Of a stretch of 64,000 nucleotides of DNA, positions 47,946 through 57,686 are shown piece after piece (the stretch's first letter is position 1; each line of letters starts with the position of its first letter). The translations under genes were made by a program, and so were the position numbers. Source of the stretch: a virus; the IMG/VR virus record IMGVR_UViG_3300025128_006668, positions 1 to 64,000 of that record; one strand, given 5' to 3'. The notes below the pieces were generated by a model that saw nothing but the letters and a program-made list of their open reading frames with translations, had not been told where the DNA came from and did no database searches.

Positions 47946-50900
47946 ATGGCATTTCAAACATCTGATGGCTCATCTACGGGCCTCTTTTCACCAGACGGGT
48001 CGCCTGCAGGTTCAAATCAAAATGCAGGGGTCTCACAAGGTATCAATACAGACTTAGGTGATGGCGCAGTAGAAGGTGCATCTTCAGTCAAGGGCGTTAA
48101 CAACGACAGCGCAGGAGCAGGGTCATACAACAATTCTGATGGTGGTAGTATAACGAATGCCGGAGAAGGCAATACTAAGATAGATAGAGTAGATCCGGGT
48201 AGTGATAGCCAAAGTTCTCCAGAAAATTTTGTAGAAACTATAAGTGTATCAAAAAGAAACACATATTTTAGAGATGGGATGCCATTCTACAACAGTTATT
48301 TGGGTGAGTTTGCGCAAACCCCAGAAACAAAAAACCAAGGTGTCTTTGATCAAGACTCCCAAACAGATGTCTCAGACGGAATTAGAAGTAATAATGTAGA
48401 CGCTACCGCAGGTGATACGGTAAGTAATCAAATAACTAGTTCCTTTGGTGCTGGTGCCGAGACAAAGACATATTTTGTAAATGCAAATACAGCCTATGCA
48501 GAAAATTACAACGTCGATAATAAAAATGACAAGAATAGTGAATTCGTAAGCGACCCATGTAATAGCTGCTTTGGGGAGAGAGATAACGGTATGGGGCCGG
48601 TTCAAACCGGTAGCCACCCTTGCGTGACTGTTGAAACGGAATGCCTGTCCTGTCTAGAAGGATTAGGAGCTAAGCAAACAAATGTATTACTTCCTGTGTT
48701 TCAGGGCACAGTTGGAGTTCGAGGTGTAAATGAGGCCGGCCTAAATGACGGAACTGTTGATCTAAAGACAGGCTATTGGGCATTAAATCCAAACACGACC
48801 GTATCAGCTGCAGGCTACGAAGAAGGTCAAGATGTTGAAAATGGGGACATCTTTAGAGGTCAGACAAATGGCCAGTGCGACCCGACAAGATCAGGCCCTA
48901 GAGGACCAGTCAATGTAGCAAAAAGGCAGTTTAGAGGAGGAGTGGATGCCGGAGCCGATGAGTGTCAAGCTGGAGCAACCCATATGGTTAAAGGTATCGC
49001 TACTGCCCCGTCTCAAAACACTCTACCAGTATCAGACAGAAACAAGAGAGTTGCTAGTTTAGCATCTGTTGTAGGTAACTGTACGTTCAGCTATACTCTT
49101 CGATATCTAGGAGAAACTTGGAATGCTAACCAGCATGGAAATAAAGTTTTCTGTATCGACGGAATAGGCGAATCTGGAATCCAGATAACTGCTTATGAAA
49201 AGCGGCTCAAGGACGACGGTACTCCCGCCGGGGAAGAGGGAGGTAGTAACAGAAGTGGCCCAATGAGCGAGAGAGGTAACAACTGTGCAAATAGCGGATA
49301 CTACGATCTCTATGCTTGTGGTTTTGGAACAGGTGCTGCCGACATACTTGGAAATGTCGATGGAGGAGGAGAGGTTTATGGCCCACTTGTGCGAGTCGGC
49401 ACATTAAACAAAGGTGAATTCCAAGATCCCTGTACCTGCCAATACAGATACCTAAGAGGATCTAAATACTCAGACTTAGTTGATCTCGCATACGGAGGAG
49501 CGATAGGTAATATACAAGACGAGTTCCTTCCTGTATTTGCTACCGGAGCATGTAGCGATCCTAATATCTTATCGAATAATTGGCACATGGGTCACCTTCC
49601 AGCGGAGGGCAGTCCTGTTACAAGTCATGGAGATGATCTAGTCAGCTGTGGATCTGACATCTTTGTACTATCTTCAGGTGCTGGTGGAACAGGAGTCTAC
49701 TGGTCGGATGAAAAATGCGATTGGATGATTCCTCTCCAAGTAGGAAGCACTGTGGAACCATATGACCCTACAGGTGTTTGCATGCTGGTATCTGGAGAGA
49801 TGGATGGTGTCTTTGGGCAACCTTTAGGTGGAGAAATGGCCTTTGATCCAGTTAATGGATTTACTGAAAACTCAAGAAGTGGAGCATGCGGCTCTGGCCC
49901 AGTCCTGTGGCATGAAGAAACAAAGCTTTATAAGACTACTAAGTTTGTAAATAGTCCATATTGTTGTAACGCTCCTTATCCGGTTGGTAATTGTGATGCT
50001 GAGGGTAACATTCCTGACTTCTGGGCTTACGATATTGTTAAAATTGATGATTTCAGCTCTGCTGCTGAAAGATCGGTTGGTTGCGTAGCCGGTAAATTCC
50101 CAAGTGGAACTCAAGGTATTATCAATGAAGTTGTATTTGCGCGCAGCGATTCTGTCGGTTTTACTGCAACAGTGTACCCGTGGGTGGCAACGATGGAAAA
50201 ACCAATGCCTCATTTTACTGGTGGAACTCTTGGCCCTAATGGAACTAGTATATTCTATCCACCGGGACTAAATAACACAGAGTTCGGTCTTCCATCCTGC
50301 GATTCTTGGGACGATGCCGGACAGACTTGCCAATGGCTAGCGGGTGTTGACTTATACAGCTGCTTTGCAAACTCAGGAACTGGTTGTCACTCTGAGTTAT
50401 TTGGAGAAAGCCAAGTATATCTAGGATATGCATATGTCCCTGTAGATGACATCACAAAGATAAGTAGGCCTACATGGAGAAGTAATGGCTGCTTTATTAC
50501 TGACCTTGCTCAACGCACCGACGGGCCTGTAACAATTGGCACAACTTGTCCACGAGATAACTGCGGATTGTATTACGGAGCTGAGAGTGCAGTTAAGGCC
50601 TGTGACGATAGTGAGTGTGATACATACTTTAGAAATCCTCCTTTTGCACTCGGTGAATTTGTCAAGGCTAAAGCAACAACAGGTGTAGACAACATCCTAT
50701 ATAACGCGGCTGTTTTTATAGCAGAGCTTAGTGAAGAGATAGGAGACGCCGAACAATGGGCGAAGGATAATCCTTATATATGGCAGGTTTCGAGTTACGT
50801 GTTCAACCATTCTCCGGGTAATCCAGCCGCTGAGTCAGGAGTTGACTGTTTCTACCAGTATACTTTAATTGGATCAACTTGCTGGGTTAGCGGAGACGGA

Positions 50901-51344
50901 GTCGGCATTCACGGTACAGACTGGCGTGAAGGAATCCCGACTGCTCCAGAGCATGCTGTGGGTACTTTTGTCGTTACCAATCCTGTCGACCAGATCCACG
51001 ATGCCGCCTCGGGCGCCCCTAGTGTTCAAAACTGTGCTAATACTTTTTGTGAGGAAGTATTCACGAGTGGCCTTAGATTCTGCAATGGAACGGGAACAGT
51101 GGTTGAAGCAAACGACCTTGTCAAGTACCCCGCTGGCACACTTATAGATCCTTCTGCTGGGGATTGCTCATGGTTAATAACGCATCAACCTGCATTCTAC
51201 GGAAGCCGTGCAAGCGGTAGCGATTGCGGATGGCAAATTAAGATTAGGGATTATTCTCAGGCCTTCCCTCAAGGTCCGACTATAACTCTCAGAGGCGAAG
51301 GAACAACTCTACCTAGCGGTATTTCCGGCTGCGACCCATGCTAA
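47946..51344 (+). CDS. large Cys/Gly-rich probable virion (fibre or decoration) protein, family member 3
   Basis: MAFQTSDGSSTG N-terminal module shared with 33617 and 34246; ~950 aa Cys-rich extension. Confidence 0.7.
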   Translation: MAFQTSDGSSTGLFSPDGSPAGSNQNAGVSQGINTDLGDGAVEGASSVKGVNNDSAGAGSYNNSDGGSITNAGEGNTKIDRVDPGSDSQSSPENFVETISVSKRNTYFRDGMPFYNSYLGEFAQTPETKNQGVFDQDSQTDVSDGIRSNNVDATAGDTVSNQITSSFGAGAETKTYFVNANTAYAENYNVDNKNDKNSEFVSDPCNSCFGERDNGMGPVQTGSHPCVTVETECLSCLEGLGAKQTNVLLPVFQGTVGVRGVNEAGLNDGTVDLKTGYWALNPNTTVSAAGYEEGQDVENGDIFRGQTNGQCDPTRSGPRGPVNVAKRQFRGGVDAGADECQAGATHMVKGIATAPSQNTLPVSDRNKRVASLASVVGNCTFSYTLRYLGETWNANQHGNKVFCIDGIGESGIQITAYEKRLKDDGTPAGEEGGSNRSGPMSERGNNCANSGYYDLYACGFGTGAADILGNVDGGGEVYGPLVRVGTLNKGEFQDPCTCQYRYLRGSKYSDLVDLAYGGAIGNIQDEFLPVFATGACSDPNILSNNWHMGHLPAEGSPVTSHGDDLVSCGSDIFVLSSGAGGTGVYWSDEKCDWMIPLQVGSTVEPYDPTGVCMLVSGEMDGVFGQPLGGEMAFDPVNGFTENSRSGACGSGPVLWHEETKLYKTTKFVNSPYCCNAPYPVGNCDAEGNIPDFWAYDIVKIDDFSSAAERSVGCVAGKFPSGTQGIINEVVFARSDSVGFTATVYPWVATMEKPMPHFTGGTLGPNGTSIFYPPGLNNTEFGLPSCDSWDDAGQTCQWLAGVDLYSCFANSGTGCHSELFGESQVYLGYAYVPVDDITKISRPTWRSNGCFITDLAQRTDGPVTIGTTCPRDNCGLYYGAESAVKACDDSECDTYFRNPPFALGEFVKAKATTGVDNILYNAAVFIAELSEEIGDAEQWAKDNPYIWQVSSYVFNHSPGNPAAESGVDCFYQYTLIGSTCWVSGDGVGIHGTDWREGIPTAPEHAVGTFVVTNPVDQIHDAASGAPSVQNCANTFCEEVFTSGLRFCNGTGTVVEANDLVKYPAGTLIDPSAGDCSWLITHQPAFYGSRASGSDCGWQIKIRDYSQAFPQGPTITLRGEGTTLPSGISGCDPC

Positions 51345-51413
51345 TTCGTTAGTTTTTAATTTAATTATGCCCTTGCGCGATAGTGCGTAGGGGCAGCTAC
51401 TCAAGGAATCAAT

Positions 51414-52088
51414 GTGGCAAGAAGAAGAAAAAAAGAAAACCAAGAAACTCATAGACAGAGAAGAAAAACTCTTAAAGCAAAAACTGAAAATCAAGAAATC
51501 TATATAGAAGCGATGGAAGACTCTTCTGTCACTTTCTGCTCTGGGCCTGCTGGCTCAGGAAAAACAAGCGTTGCTGTTGGTTTAGCTTGTGAATATTTAG
51601 CACAAGAAAAAGTAAAAAAGATTGTTATAACAAGACCTGTTGTTCAATCAGGTAGAGGGCTAGGACATCTGCCGGGAACATTAATAGAAAAAATTAATCC
51701 ATATCTTGTTCCTATTTTAGAAGAAATGAACATGTATCTTCTGAAAAGCAATGTAGAATTGTATAGAGATCAGGAAATAATAGAGCTTTGTCCGCTAGAA
51801 TATATGAGAGGGCGAAACTTCCATAATTGTTTCATGATTTTAGATGAAGCTCAAAATGCTACCTTTGAACAGATAAAAATGTTTGTAACTAGATTAGGAA
51901 GGAATTCCAAAGCTGTTATAAACGGAGACTTAAAACAGTCAGACTTAGGTTTTGAAGGTGGAGGCTTACTGACTTGCATGGATGAGCTTGATGGAGTAGA
52001 AGGTGTGTCGATATGCGAACTTGACTACTCGGATATTATTAGGAGTGATGTTGTAGCTAGAATACTAAGAAGGCTACACGGAGTTTAG
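51414..52088 (+). CDS. phoH: PhoH-family ATPase
   Basis: GPAGSGKT, ITRP.V, LG.LPG, PLEYMRGR.F, LDEAQN, GD..QSD. Confidence 0.95.
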   Translation: MARRRKKENQETHRQRRKTLKAKTENQEIYIEAMEDSSVTFCSGPAGSGKTSVAVGLACEYLAQEKVKKIVITRPVVQSGRGLGHLPGTLIEKINPYLVPILEEMNMYLLKSNVELYRDQEIIELCPLEYMRGRNFHNCFMILDEAQNATFEQIKMFVTRLGRNSKAVINGDLKQSDLGFEGGGLLTCMDELDGVEGVSICELDYSDIIRSDVVARILRRLHGV

Positions 52089-52102
52089 ACTTAGGACTAA
52101 AG

Positions 52103-52450
52103 ATGCCAGAATACAGCTATATGTGCGACAGCTGTCAGCACAAATGGAGTGTCTACTGCTCTATTAAAGAGTACAAAGAAAAGGTTCCATGTCCAGAATG
52201 TGCAAATGTGGAATCAGTCTACCGGGACTACGAAGAGGATAATATCTATGGCGCTTATAGCTACTCTGTATCTGAGGCTAAAACCTTAGGGCACTATGCT
52301 GACAAACAGAGTAAGAAATATGGTAAAGCTAAAGTAGAAGATATGATCAGAGGCCAGAAAACAAAGAAGACCCAAGGTGGTGGAGATCTGCCGACAGGTA
52401 TGAGTAGAATAGATAAACCAAAAGAAAAAACGGCTTGGATTAAGGAATAA
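52103..52450 (+). CDS. FmdB-family Zn-ribbon protein
   Basis: MPEYSY.C..C.H...CPEC. Confidence 0.8.
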   Translation: MPEYSYMCDSCQHKWSVYCSIKEYKEKVPCPECANVESVYRDYEEDNIYGAYSYSVSEAKTLGHYADKQSKKYGKAKVEDMIRGQKTKKTQGGGDLPTGMSRIDKPKEKTAWIKE

Positions 52451-52452
52451 TA

Positions 52453-52836
52453 ATGACTATACATAGAATGGATGAAGCTGGAGATCCTAATGGAGATTCA
52501 ACAGATGTCGAGGTATATACTGTACCATCAGCAGAGGACTTCAGGGACAATGAAGGATTTCCTAGGCTAAGTGACGATAAGGCGGCAAGCTCTCACGCTT
52601 ATGCTAAAAAAGTTACTTTTGATACAGGTAATATTAGATTCTATGCTAAAACAGGAAAGCACGGAAAGTTCTTTAACCCTGTAGGGCTTTACTCAGAGGG
52701 TAATATGTCTAGAAGAATGAAAGGAATTTCAGAATGGATCTTTAGACCCGTCAGCGAAAAGGCCTTTCATCACTATATTAATTTTTTGAAAACAAACAAT
52801 ACAGCTTGGCTTAGTAATGCAGAAAGGGAAGTATAA
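52453..52836 (+). CDS. hypothetical phage protein
   Basis: ORF track; AAGGA RBS. Confidence 0.7.
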   Translation: MTIHRMDEAGDPNGDSTDVEVYTVPSAEDFRDNEGFPRLSDDKAASSHAYAKKVTFDTGNIRFYAKTGKHGKFFNPVGLYSEGNMSRRMKGISEWIFRPVSEKAFHHYINFLKTNNTAWLSNAEREV

Positions 52837-53147
52837 TGGGTAAACTATCTAAAGCAAAAAACCTTACTAATGTAGAAAAATTTTCTATCGACGGAATGGA
52901 ACAGAATGGAATGAGTGTCGCTGACATTGCCAAGGCGATTGATAGAAGCATCGAAAAGGTATCGGAGTATATCGACACCAGAGATGTTAGTATCAAGGCA
53001 AGGGATCTAATCAACAACAGGACTCTTAGCGGAAAAGAAGGTGTGGCTATTATGACAGAAGCAGCATCTCAAAAATCTGATGAGTCTAACAAGGAAGTAG
53101 CGACACCTGAAACAACAGGAAAGTCAGACTATATCCATTACGGCTAA
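52836..53147 (+). CDS. helix-turn-helix protein
   Basis: GMSVADIAKAIDRS...V. Confidence 0.65.
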   Translation: MGKLSKAKNLTNVEKFSIDGMEQNGMSVADIAKAIDRSIEKVSEYIDTRDVSIKARDLINNRTLSGKEGVAIMTEAASQKSDESNKEVATPETTGKSDYIHYG

Positions 53148-53157
53148 AGGACAAGCC

Positions 53158-53592
53158 ATGGCAAATAGTAGGACGGAGAAGAGCCCATATCCTTCCAGAT
53201 ATTCTCCGGGAGGATGGGTCTCTGGCTCTCAGTATATAACAGAGCTGATCTGCGAAAAAAAGGCTCGCAGAGAAAATAAGGATCTTCCTAGAAAGTTCTG
53301 GGAGGACAAGGACTGGGAAAAATATTTTAAATACCAGATAACTCTTGCAAGCCAACTTATTAAAAAGTTTGGTGAAGAAGCAGTCATAGCAGCACTAAAG
53401 GACAACAGGTGCTGGTCTACGTACTCTTTAAGGTCTCCCTTTCTAGTTCCTGTAATTGAGGAAAAGAAAAAGGAAATATCTGACAACCGGCCAGAAGCCG
53501 AGTATAATATTAAAGACGAAGAAGAAGTTACTCATAGAAGTAGCAATAACAAGAAGTCAATAATTTCTAAGTTAAGGGATTTAGATGAATAA
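53158..53592 (+). CDS. hypothetical phage protein
   Basis: ORF track; directly upstream of recA. Confidence 0.7.
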   Translation: MANSRTEKSPYPSRYSPGGWVSGSQYITELICEKKARRENKDLPRKFWEDKDWEKYFKYQITLASQLIKKFGEEAVIAALKDNRCWSTYSLRSPFLVPVIEEKKKEISDNRPEAEYNIKDEEEVTHRSSNNKKSIISKLRDLDE

Positions 53593-54562
53593 AGACATTA
53601 TCAAAGAATATGGTAATGTCCTTCACGATCCCGCCTCAATAACAGAAAGACCTTTAGAAGTCTTGTCTGTAGGCCCAAAGCTAGACATAGCTCTCGGAGG
53701 AGGCGTGCCTGAAGGTTCATTATTTATTATGACTGGCCCAGAGAAGGTCGGCAAGACAGTAACAGCTCTGACTTTCTGTGCCAATGCGCAGAAGCATTAT
53801 GAGAGGAAGATTTACTACGCGAACATAGAGGGAAGACTTAAGAAAAGAGACTTAGAAGGAATAACAGACCTTACATTAGACTCAGAAAAGATGCAAATTA
53901 TTGGCTCAACAGAAGGAAACATTCTGTCTGCCGAAAAGTATCTGAGCATTATTGACAACATTGTTCATACTCAGCCGGGATCTCTAGCTATTGTGGACTC
54001 ATTTTCTGCATTGTCAAGCGAATCTGAACTTACAGGAAACCTAGAAGATGTTCAAGTTATGAGCGTGCAAAAAGTTCTGGCTAAGTTCTGTAGAAGGATT
54101 TCTAACGTACTGCCCATCAATAGAGTCACTGTTGTTGGAATTACCCACCTGATGGCTAATATGAATAGGTTTGGGAGGGGGAAGACTAAAGTCGAAAAGT
54201 CAGGAAGCGCATTAAAATATCAGGTTGATGTAAAGCTTCATGCGAGCCACTCAACGGCTTTGATGCAAGGAGATACTCAGATAGGCCAGACTGTGCACTG
54301 GCAGATTACGACCTCAGCTATCGGGCCTCCGGGGCAGAAGGTAGAGAGCCATATTAGATATGGTAAAGGCATTTGGAAAGAAATGGAACTGACAGACTTG
54401 CTTATCGACTTCGGGCTCATCAGCAAAGCTGGAGCTTGGCTAAAGCTCCCTAATGGAGAAAAGATTCAAGGTAAAGTCAACTTGGCCAAATACTTAGAAG
54501 AGAACCCTGAGCAGTATGAGACATTTAGAAAAGAAGTGTTTGAAATGGTTGGTATGGAATGA
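53585..54562 (+). CDS. recA: RecA/UvsX-like recombinase
   Basis: LDIALGGG.P.G, GPEKVGKT, IVDS, SG.ALKY, I.YGKGI, K.GAW. Confidence 0.9.
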   Translation: MNKDIIKEYGNVLHDPASITERPLEVLSVGPKLDIALGGGVPEGSLFIMTGPEKVGKTVTALTFCANAQKHYERKIYYANIEGRLKKRDLEGITDLTLDSEKMQIIGSTEGNILSAEKYLSIIDNIVHTQPGSLAIVDSFSALSSESELTGNLEDVQVMSVQKVLAKFCRRISNVLPINRVTVVGITHLMANMNRFGRGKTKVEKSGSALKYQVDVKLHASHSTALMQGDTQIGQTVHWQITTSAIGPPGQKVESHIRYGKGIWKEMELTDLLIDFGLISKAGAWLKLPNGEKIQGKVNLAKYLEENPEQYETFRKEVFEMVGME

Positions 54563-54957
54563 TGGATACAAAGTGCTCCCAAGCCTACGAATGCAAGATA
54601 TTCATAGGTTCAAAAAACGAATACTTAAAACAATATTTCGATAGAAGCATATTGCTAGAATATATACAAGGCTTTCAGGACAACTACCATAAACTTATAC
54701 CAGTGCGAGTAACAGGGACGGAATTTGTATGTGGGAGCAAGTATCAGGAGTCAGGTTGGGAAATAGCTGTTATAAACTACCCTAAGCTAGACCTTTGCAT
54801 AGAAGAAATCGAATATTTCTGCGAACAACTAACGGAGTATCTTACAGACCGTCTAAGGCAAAAGAGAGTCACCCTCATGACTCCAAGCATTAGCACTATG
54901 TATTACACTCCGTTATGCTTTCCACAGTCGGCAAGTAGTAAGGCTGCCTCGCCTTAA
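54559..54957 (+). CDS. hypothetical phage protein; 3' end overlaps RNA motif copy A
   Basis: E.GWEI..INYP...L...L.Q.RVT motif; ATGA overlap with recA. Confidence 0.7.
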   Translation: MMDTKCSQAYECKIFIGSKNEYLKQYFDRSILLEYIQGFQDNYHKLIPVRVTGTEFVCGSKYQESGWEIAVINYPKLDLCIEEIEYFCEQLTEYLTDRLRQKRVTLMTPSISTMYYTPLCFPQSASSKAASP

Positions 54958-54986
54958 CTAAGGCTGTGCGACAACTTAATGAGGTA
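54917..54986 (+). ncRNA. pseudoknotted RNA motif, copy A
   Basis: CTTTC, P1 CACAGTC/GGCTGTG, inner stem TAAGGC/GCCTTA, loop TGCCTC pairing with tail GAGGTA. Confidence 0.7.
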
Positions 54987-54991
54987 CTTAG

Positions 54992-55408
54992 ATGAAGATA
55001 CGTGATCTGAATAATGATATTCACAAATGGAATCTGCAGGGGTATGTTGTTCGTGCAAATGAACAGCGTCCCCGATCTAAGTTACATCTTGCCGCAAGAA
55101 ACATATTGATAGAAATGTTTCCCACTGTTCAGATATTAGAAGAGGTTCTAATTCCAATAACTCGCAACGAAAGAGGTTATCTGGATTTTTACATCAATAC
55201 GCTTAAGCTTGCTGTAGAGGTTCATGGGCAGCAGCACTATAAATTCAATTCACTATTCCATACATCTGCCCAAGATTTTGCAAATCAACGAAAAAAAGAC
55301 CGGCGAAAGCAGGAGTGGTGTGAGTATAATAATATAACGTATCTTGAGTTACCTTATAATGAAGGCATTGAGGAATGGAAAACGCGAATAGTCCAAAGGA
55401 ACGACTAG
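54992..55408 (+). CDS. PD-(D/E)XK endonuclease (DUF559/Vsr-like)
   Basis: LDFYI....LAVEVHG.QHY, D.RK.EWC..NNI...E..Y. Confidence 0.8.
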   Translation: MKIRDLNNDIHKWNLQGYVVRANEQRPRSKLHLAARNILIEMFPTVQILEEVLIPITRNERGYLDFYINTLKLAVEVHGQQHYKFNSLFHTSAQDFANQRKKDRRKQEWCEYNNITYLELPYNEGIEEWKTRIVQRND

Positions 55409-55863
55409 AGCAAGTAGATAAAGTCTTAGACGAATATGAGTCAGGGCTTGGACTTGTGGGCTACGCCGGAGACTTTCACGACCAGACTGTGAAGTCATAC
55501 ATGAAAATGGAGAGAGTGCAAATGGAAAAGCTTACGGTAGAGGAATGCGCTGAAGCAGCACTTCTACTGGGTGGGTTTTCATTCTATCTTCAAAGGTCTT
55601 ACAATAGAGAAATTGCTAGAGTTAATTGGGCCTCCTCCAACTTAAAAAAAATGATAGCCGGAAGAGAGCGCCAGTACAATGGATCATGGGACAGTCAATA
55701 CTACCAAGCGGTAAAAGACGACAGCTATGCGATTAAGCTAGAAAGCATAAAGACATACGCTCAACAAAGGGCTGATAGGCTTACCTACCTAGCAAGCTCC
55801 ATCAAAAATCTAAGTGACCTATATATAAACTTACAGAGAGCAAAGATAAATAAACATGGTTGA
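55375..55863 (+). CDS. helical protein, possibly a UvsY-like recombination mediator
   Basis: All-helical coiled-coil character and position in the recA module; the family assignment is a guess. Confidence 0.55.
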   Translation: MENANSPKERLEQVDKVLDEYESGLGLVGYAGDFHDQTVKSYMKMERVQMEKLTVEECAEAALLLGGFSFYLQRSYNREIARVNWASSNLKKMIAGRERQYNGSWDSQYYQAVKDDSYAIKLESIKTYAQQRADRLTYLASSIKNLSDLYINLQRAKINKHG

Positions 55864-56239
55864 TAAAAAAGAATTACTCAAACTTCTTTCTGAGCTTTCT
55901 CCTGAGGAACTTGAGTCCATAATGCCTAAGAAAAAACGTAGGCGGGGCAAGGGTAAGAGAAAAAAGAACCGATCTGCGAATAAGCCCAGTGCTTCTGAAG
56001 AGAATAAATTTGACGACATGCTGTCTAGCATACGATTTACAGATGAGGAGAAAAGAGAGCTTGAAGAAGCTACTAAGGTAGATGATGAGGCTGATCAAAC
56101 GAAATCAGTCTCTGCTCGTCCTGCTGCCTCTACGGTAGAAGTTACTTGCTGCGCCTGTAATAAAAAGTTTATCGTATCGCCATCTGTGGTATTTTCTGTA
56201 GACAGATGGAAATGTAACGCTTGTATAACAGGGAGATAA
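55856..56239 (+). CDS. protein with basic tract and C-terminal Zn ribbon
   Basis: KKKRRRGKGKRKK; CCAC...CNAC. Confidence 0.65.
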   Translation: MVDKKELLKLLSELSPEELESIMPKKKRRRGKGKRKKNRSANKPSASEENKFDDMLSSIRFTDEEKRELEEATKVDDEADQTKSVSARPAASTVEVTCCACNKKFIVSPSVVFSVDRWKCNACITGR

Positions 56240-56240
56240 T

Positions 56241-57686
56241 ATGCTTAACGATCTACCAGCAGAAAGAGCTGTCCTAGCAGGAATATACCGATATGGGGCA
56301 GAGACATATTATGATGTCGCAGACATAATAGATGAGTCCTCTTTTACAGACGATTCAAATGCTGTAATATTTTCCTGTATGAAGCGTGTCCTAGAAACAG
56401 ATGACACTGTCTCCCTAGATATCCCTACGATGCTTTCCGCAGCAAAGGAAATGGGTTTAGAGACTTTCTTCAACACTCAGGAAGTGCAGCACTTATCTTC
56501 TATTACTAAGTATCCAGTCTTAGCAACTAACGTCAGGAAGTTTGCTGCTAAGGTCAAGAAGCTTGAGATAGCAAGGATGATGTATGACCAGCTTGAGCTA
56601 ACAAAAGAGAAGTATCTCGAAATAAAAGGAGACGAGCCCATAGCAAAAATACTTGGGCTAGCTGAAGACTCAATTATGGAAGTCACAGGTATGGTCTCAG
56701 GAACAGATGAAGCTCCAACGCAGATGTTTGACAACATTGTTGAATATTTAGAAGAGCTCTCTGAGGAGCCTGTTGATCAGATAGGGATCTCTACTGGATT
56801 CCCAAGGTATGACTTTGCTATCGGAGGAGGTCTTAGACGCGGCACGGTCAATGTGATTGGAGCTCGACCTAAAACCGGTAAGACATTGCTAGCAGACAAC
56901 ATGGGGGTACATATAGCTAAGCAAGGTGTTCCTGTGCTGAATCTTGATACTGAAATGAGGAAAGAAGACCATCAGCACAGACTGATGGCTATGCTAACAG
57001 ACGTTCCTATCAGCGAGATAGAAACAGGTGCTTTTTCTCGAAGTCCTATAGCTAAGAGGAAGGTAGAACAAGCTGCGAAAGAAATAACAGATATACCGTA
57101 TTACTACAAATCTATTGGAGGCTGCTCATTTGAAGAGCAACTATCAATCGTAAGAAGATGGCTGAACAGAGTTGTAGGTCTTAACGACAAGGGAAAGGCT
57201 AACGACTGTGTGATTATATATGATTATCTGAAGCTTATGGACTCCGCTGAGATTAAAGGAGATATGAAAGAATTTCAGGTTCTTGGCTTTATGATGACAG
57301 CTCTCCATAATCTATCATTAAAATATGAGATACCTATACTTTCCTTTGTACAATTAAACAGAGACGGCATAAACAAGGAGTCAACAGATACTGCCTCTGG
57401 CTCAGATAGAATCATATGGCTGTGTTCTAACTTTACGATATATAAGAGTAAGTCAGATGAAGAAGTAGCTAAGGACGGTCTTGAGAACGGAAATAGGAAG
57501 CTTGTCCCCGTAATCGCTAGACATGGACAAGGACTTGAAGACAGAGATTATATTAACATAATGCTTAAAGGAAACTGCGGTAAGATAACAGAAGGCAAAA
57601 CTGCTTTTGAACTTGATAGTGCCGTAAGTGCTGTAGAAGAAGGTGATTTCTTTGATGAACCAGAAGACGACATCCCGTTCAAGTAG
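56241..57686 (+). CDS. dnaB: replicative DNA helicase
   Basis: AERAVL, GISTG, ARPKTGKT, DTEM, IYDYLKL, QLNR. Confidence 0.92.
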   Translation: MLNDLPAERAVLAGIYRYGAETYYDVADIIDESSFTDDSNAVIFSCMKRVLETDDTVSLDIPTMLSAAKEMGLETFFNTQEVQHLSSITKYPVLATNVRKFAAKVKKLEIARMMYDQLELTKEKYLEIKGDEPIAKILGLAEDSIMEVTGMVSGTDEAPTQMFDNIVEYLEELSEEPVDQIGISTGFPRYDFAIGGGLRRGTVNVIGARPKTGKTLLADNMGVHIAKQGVPVLNLDTEMRKEDHQHRLMAMLTDVPISEIETGAFSRSPIAKRKVEQAAKEITDIPYYYKSIGGCSFEEQLSIVRRWLNRVVGLNDKGKANDCVIIYDYLKLMDSAEIKGDMKEFQVLGFMMTALHNLSLKYEIPILSFVQLNRDGINKESTDTASGSDRIIWLCSNFTIYKSKSDEEVAKDGLENGNRKLVPVIARHGQGLEDRDYINIMLKGNCGKITEGKTAFELDSAVSAVEEGDFFDEPEDDIPFK

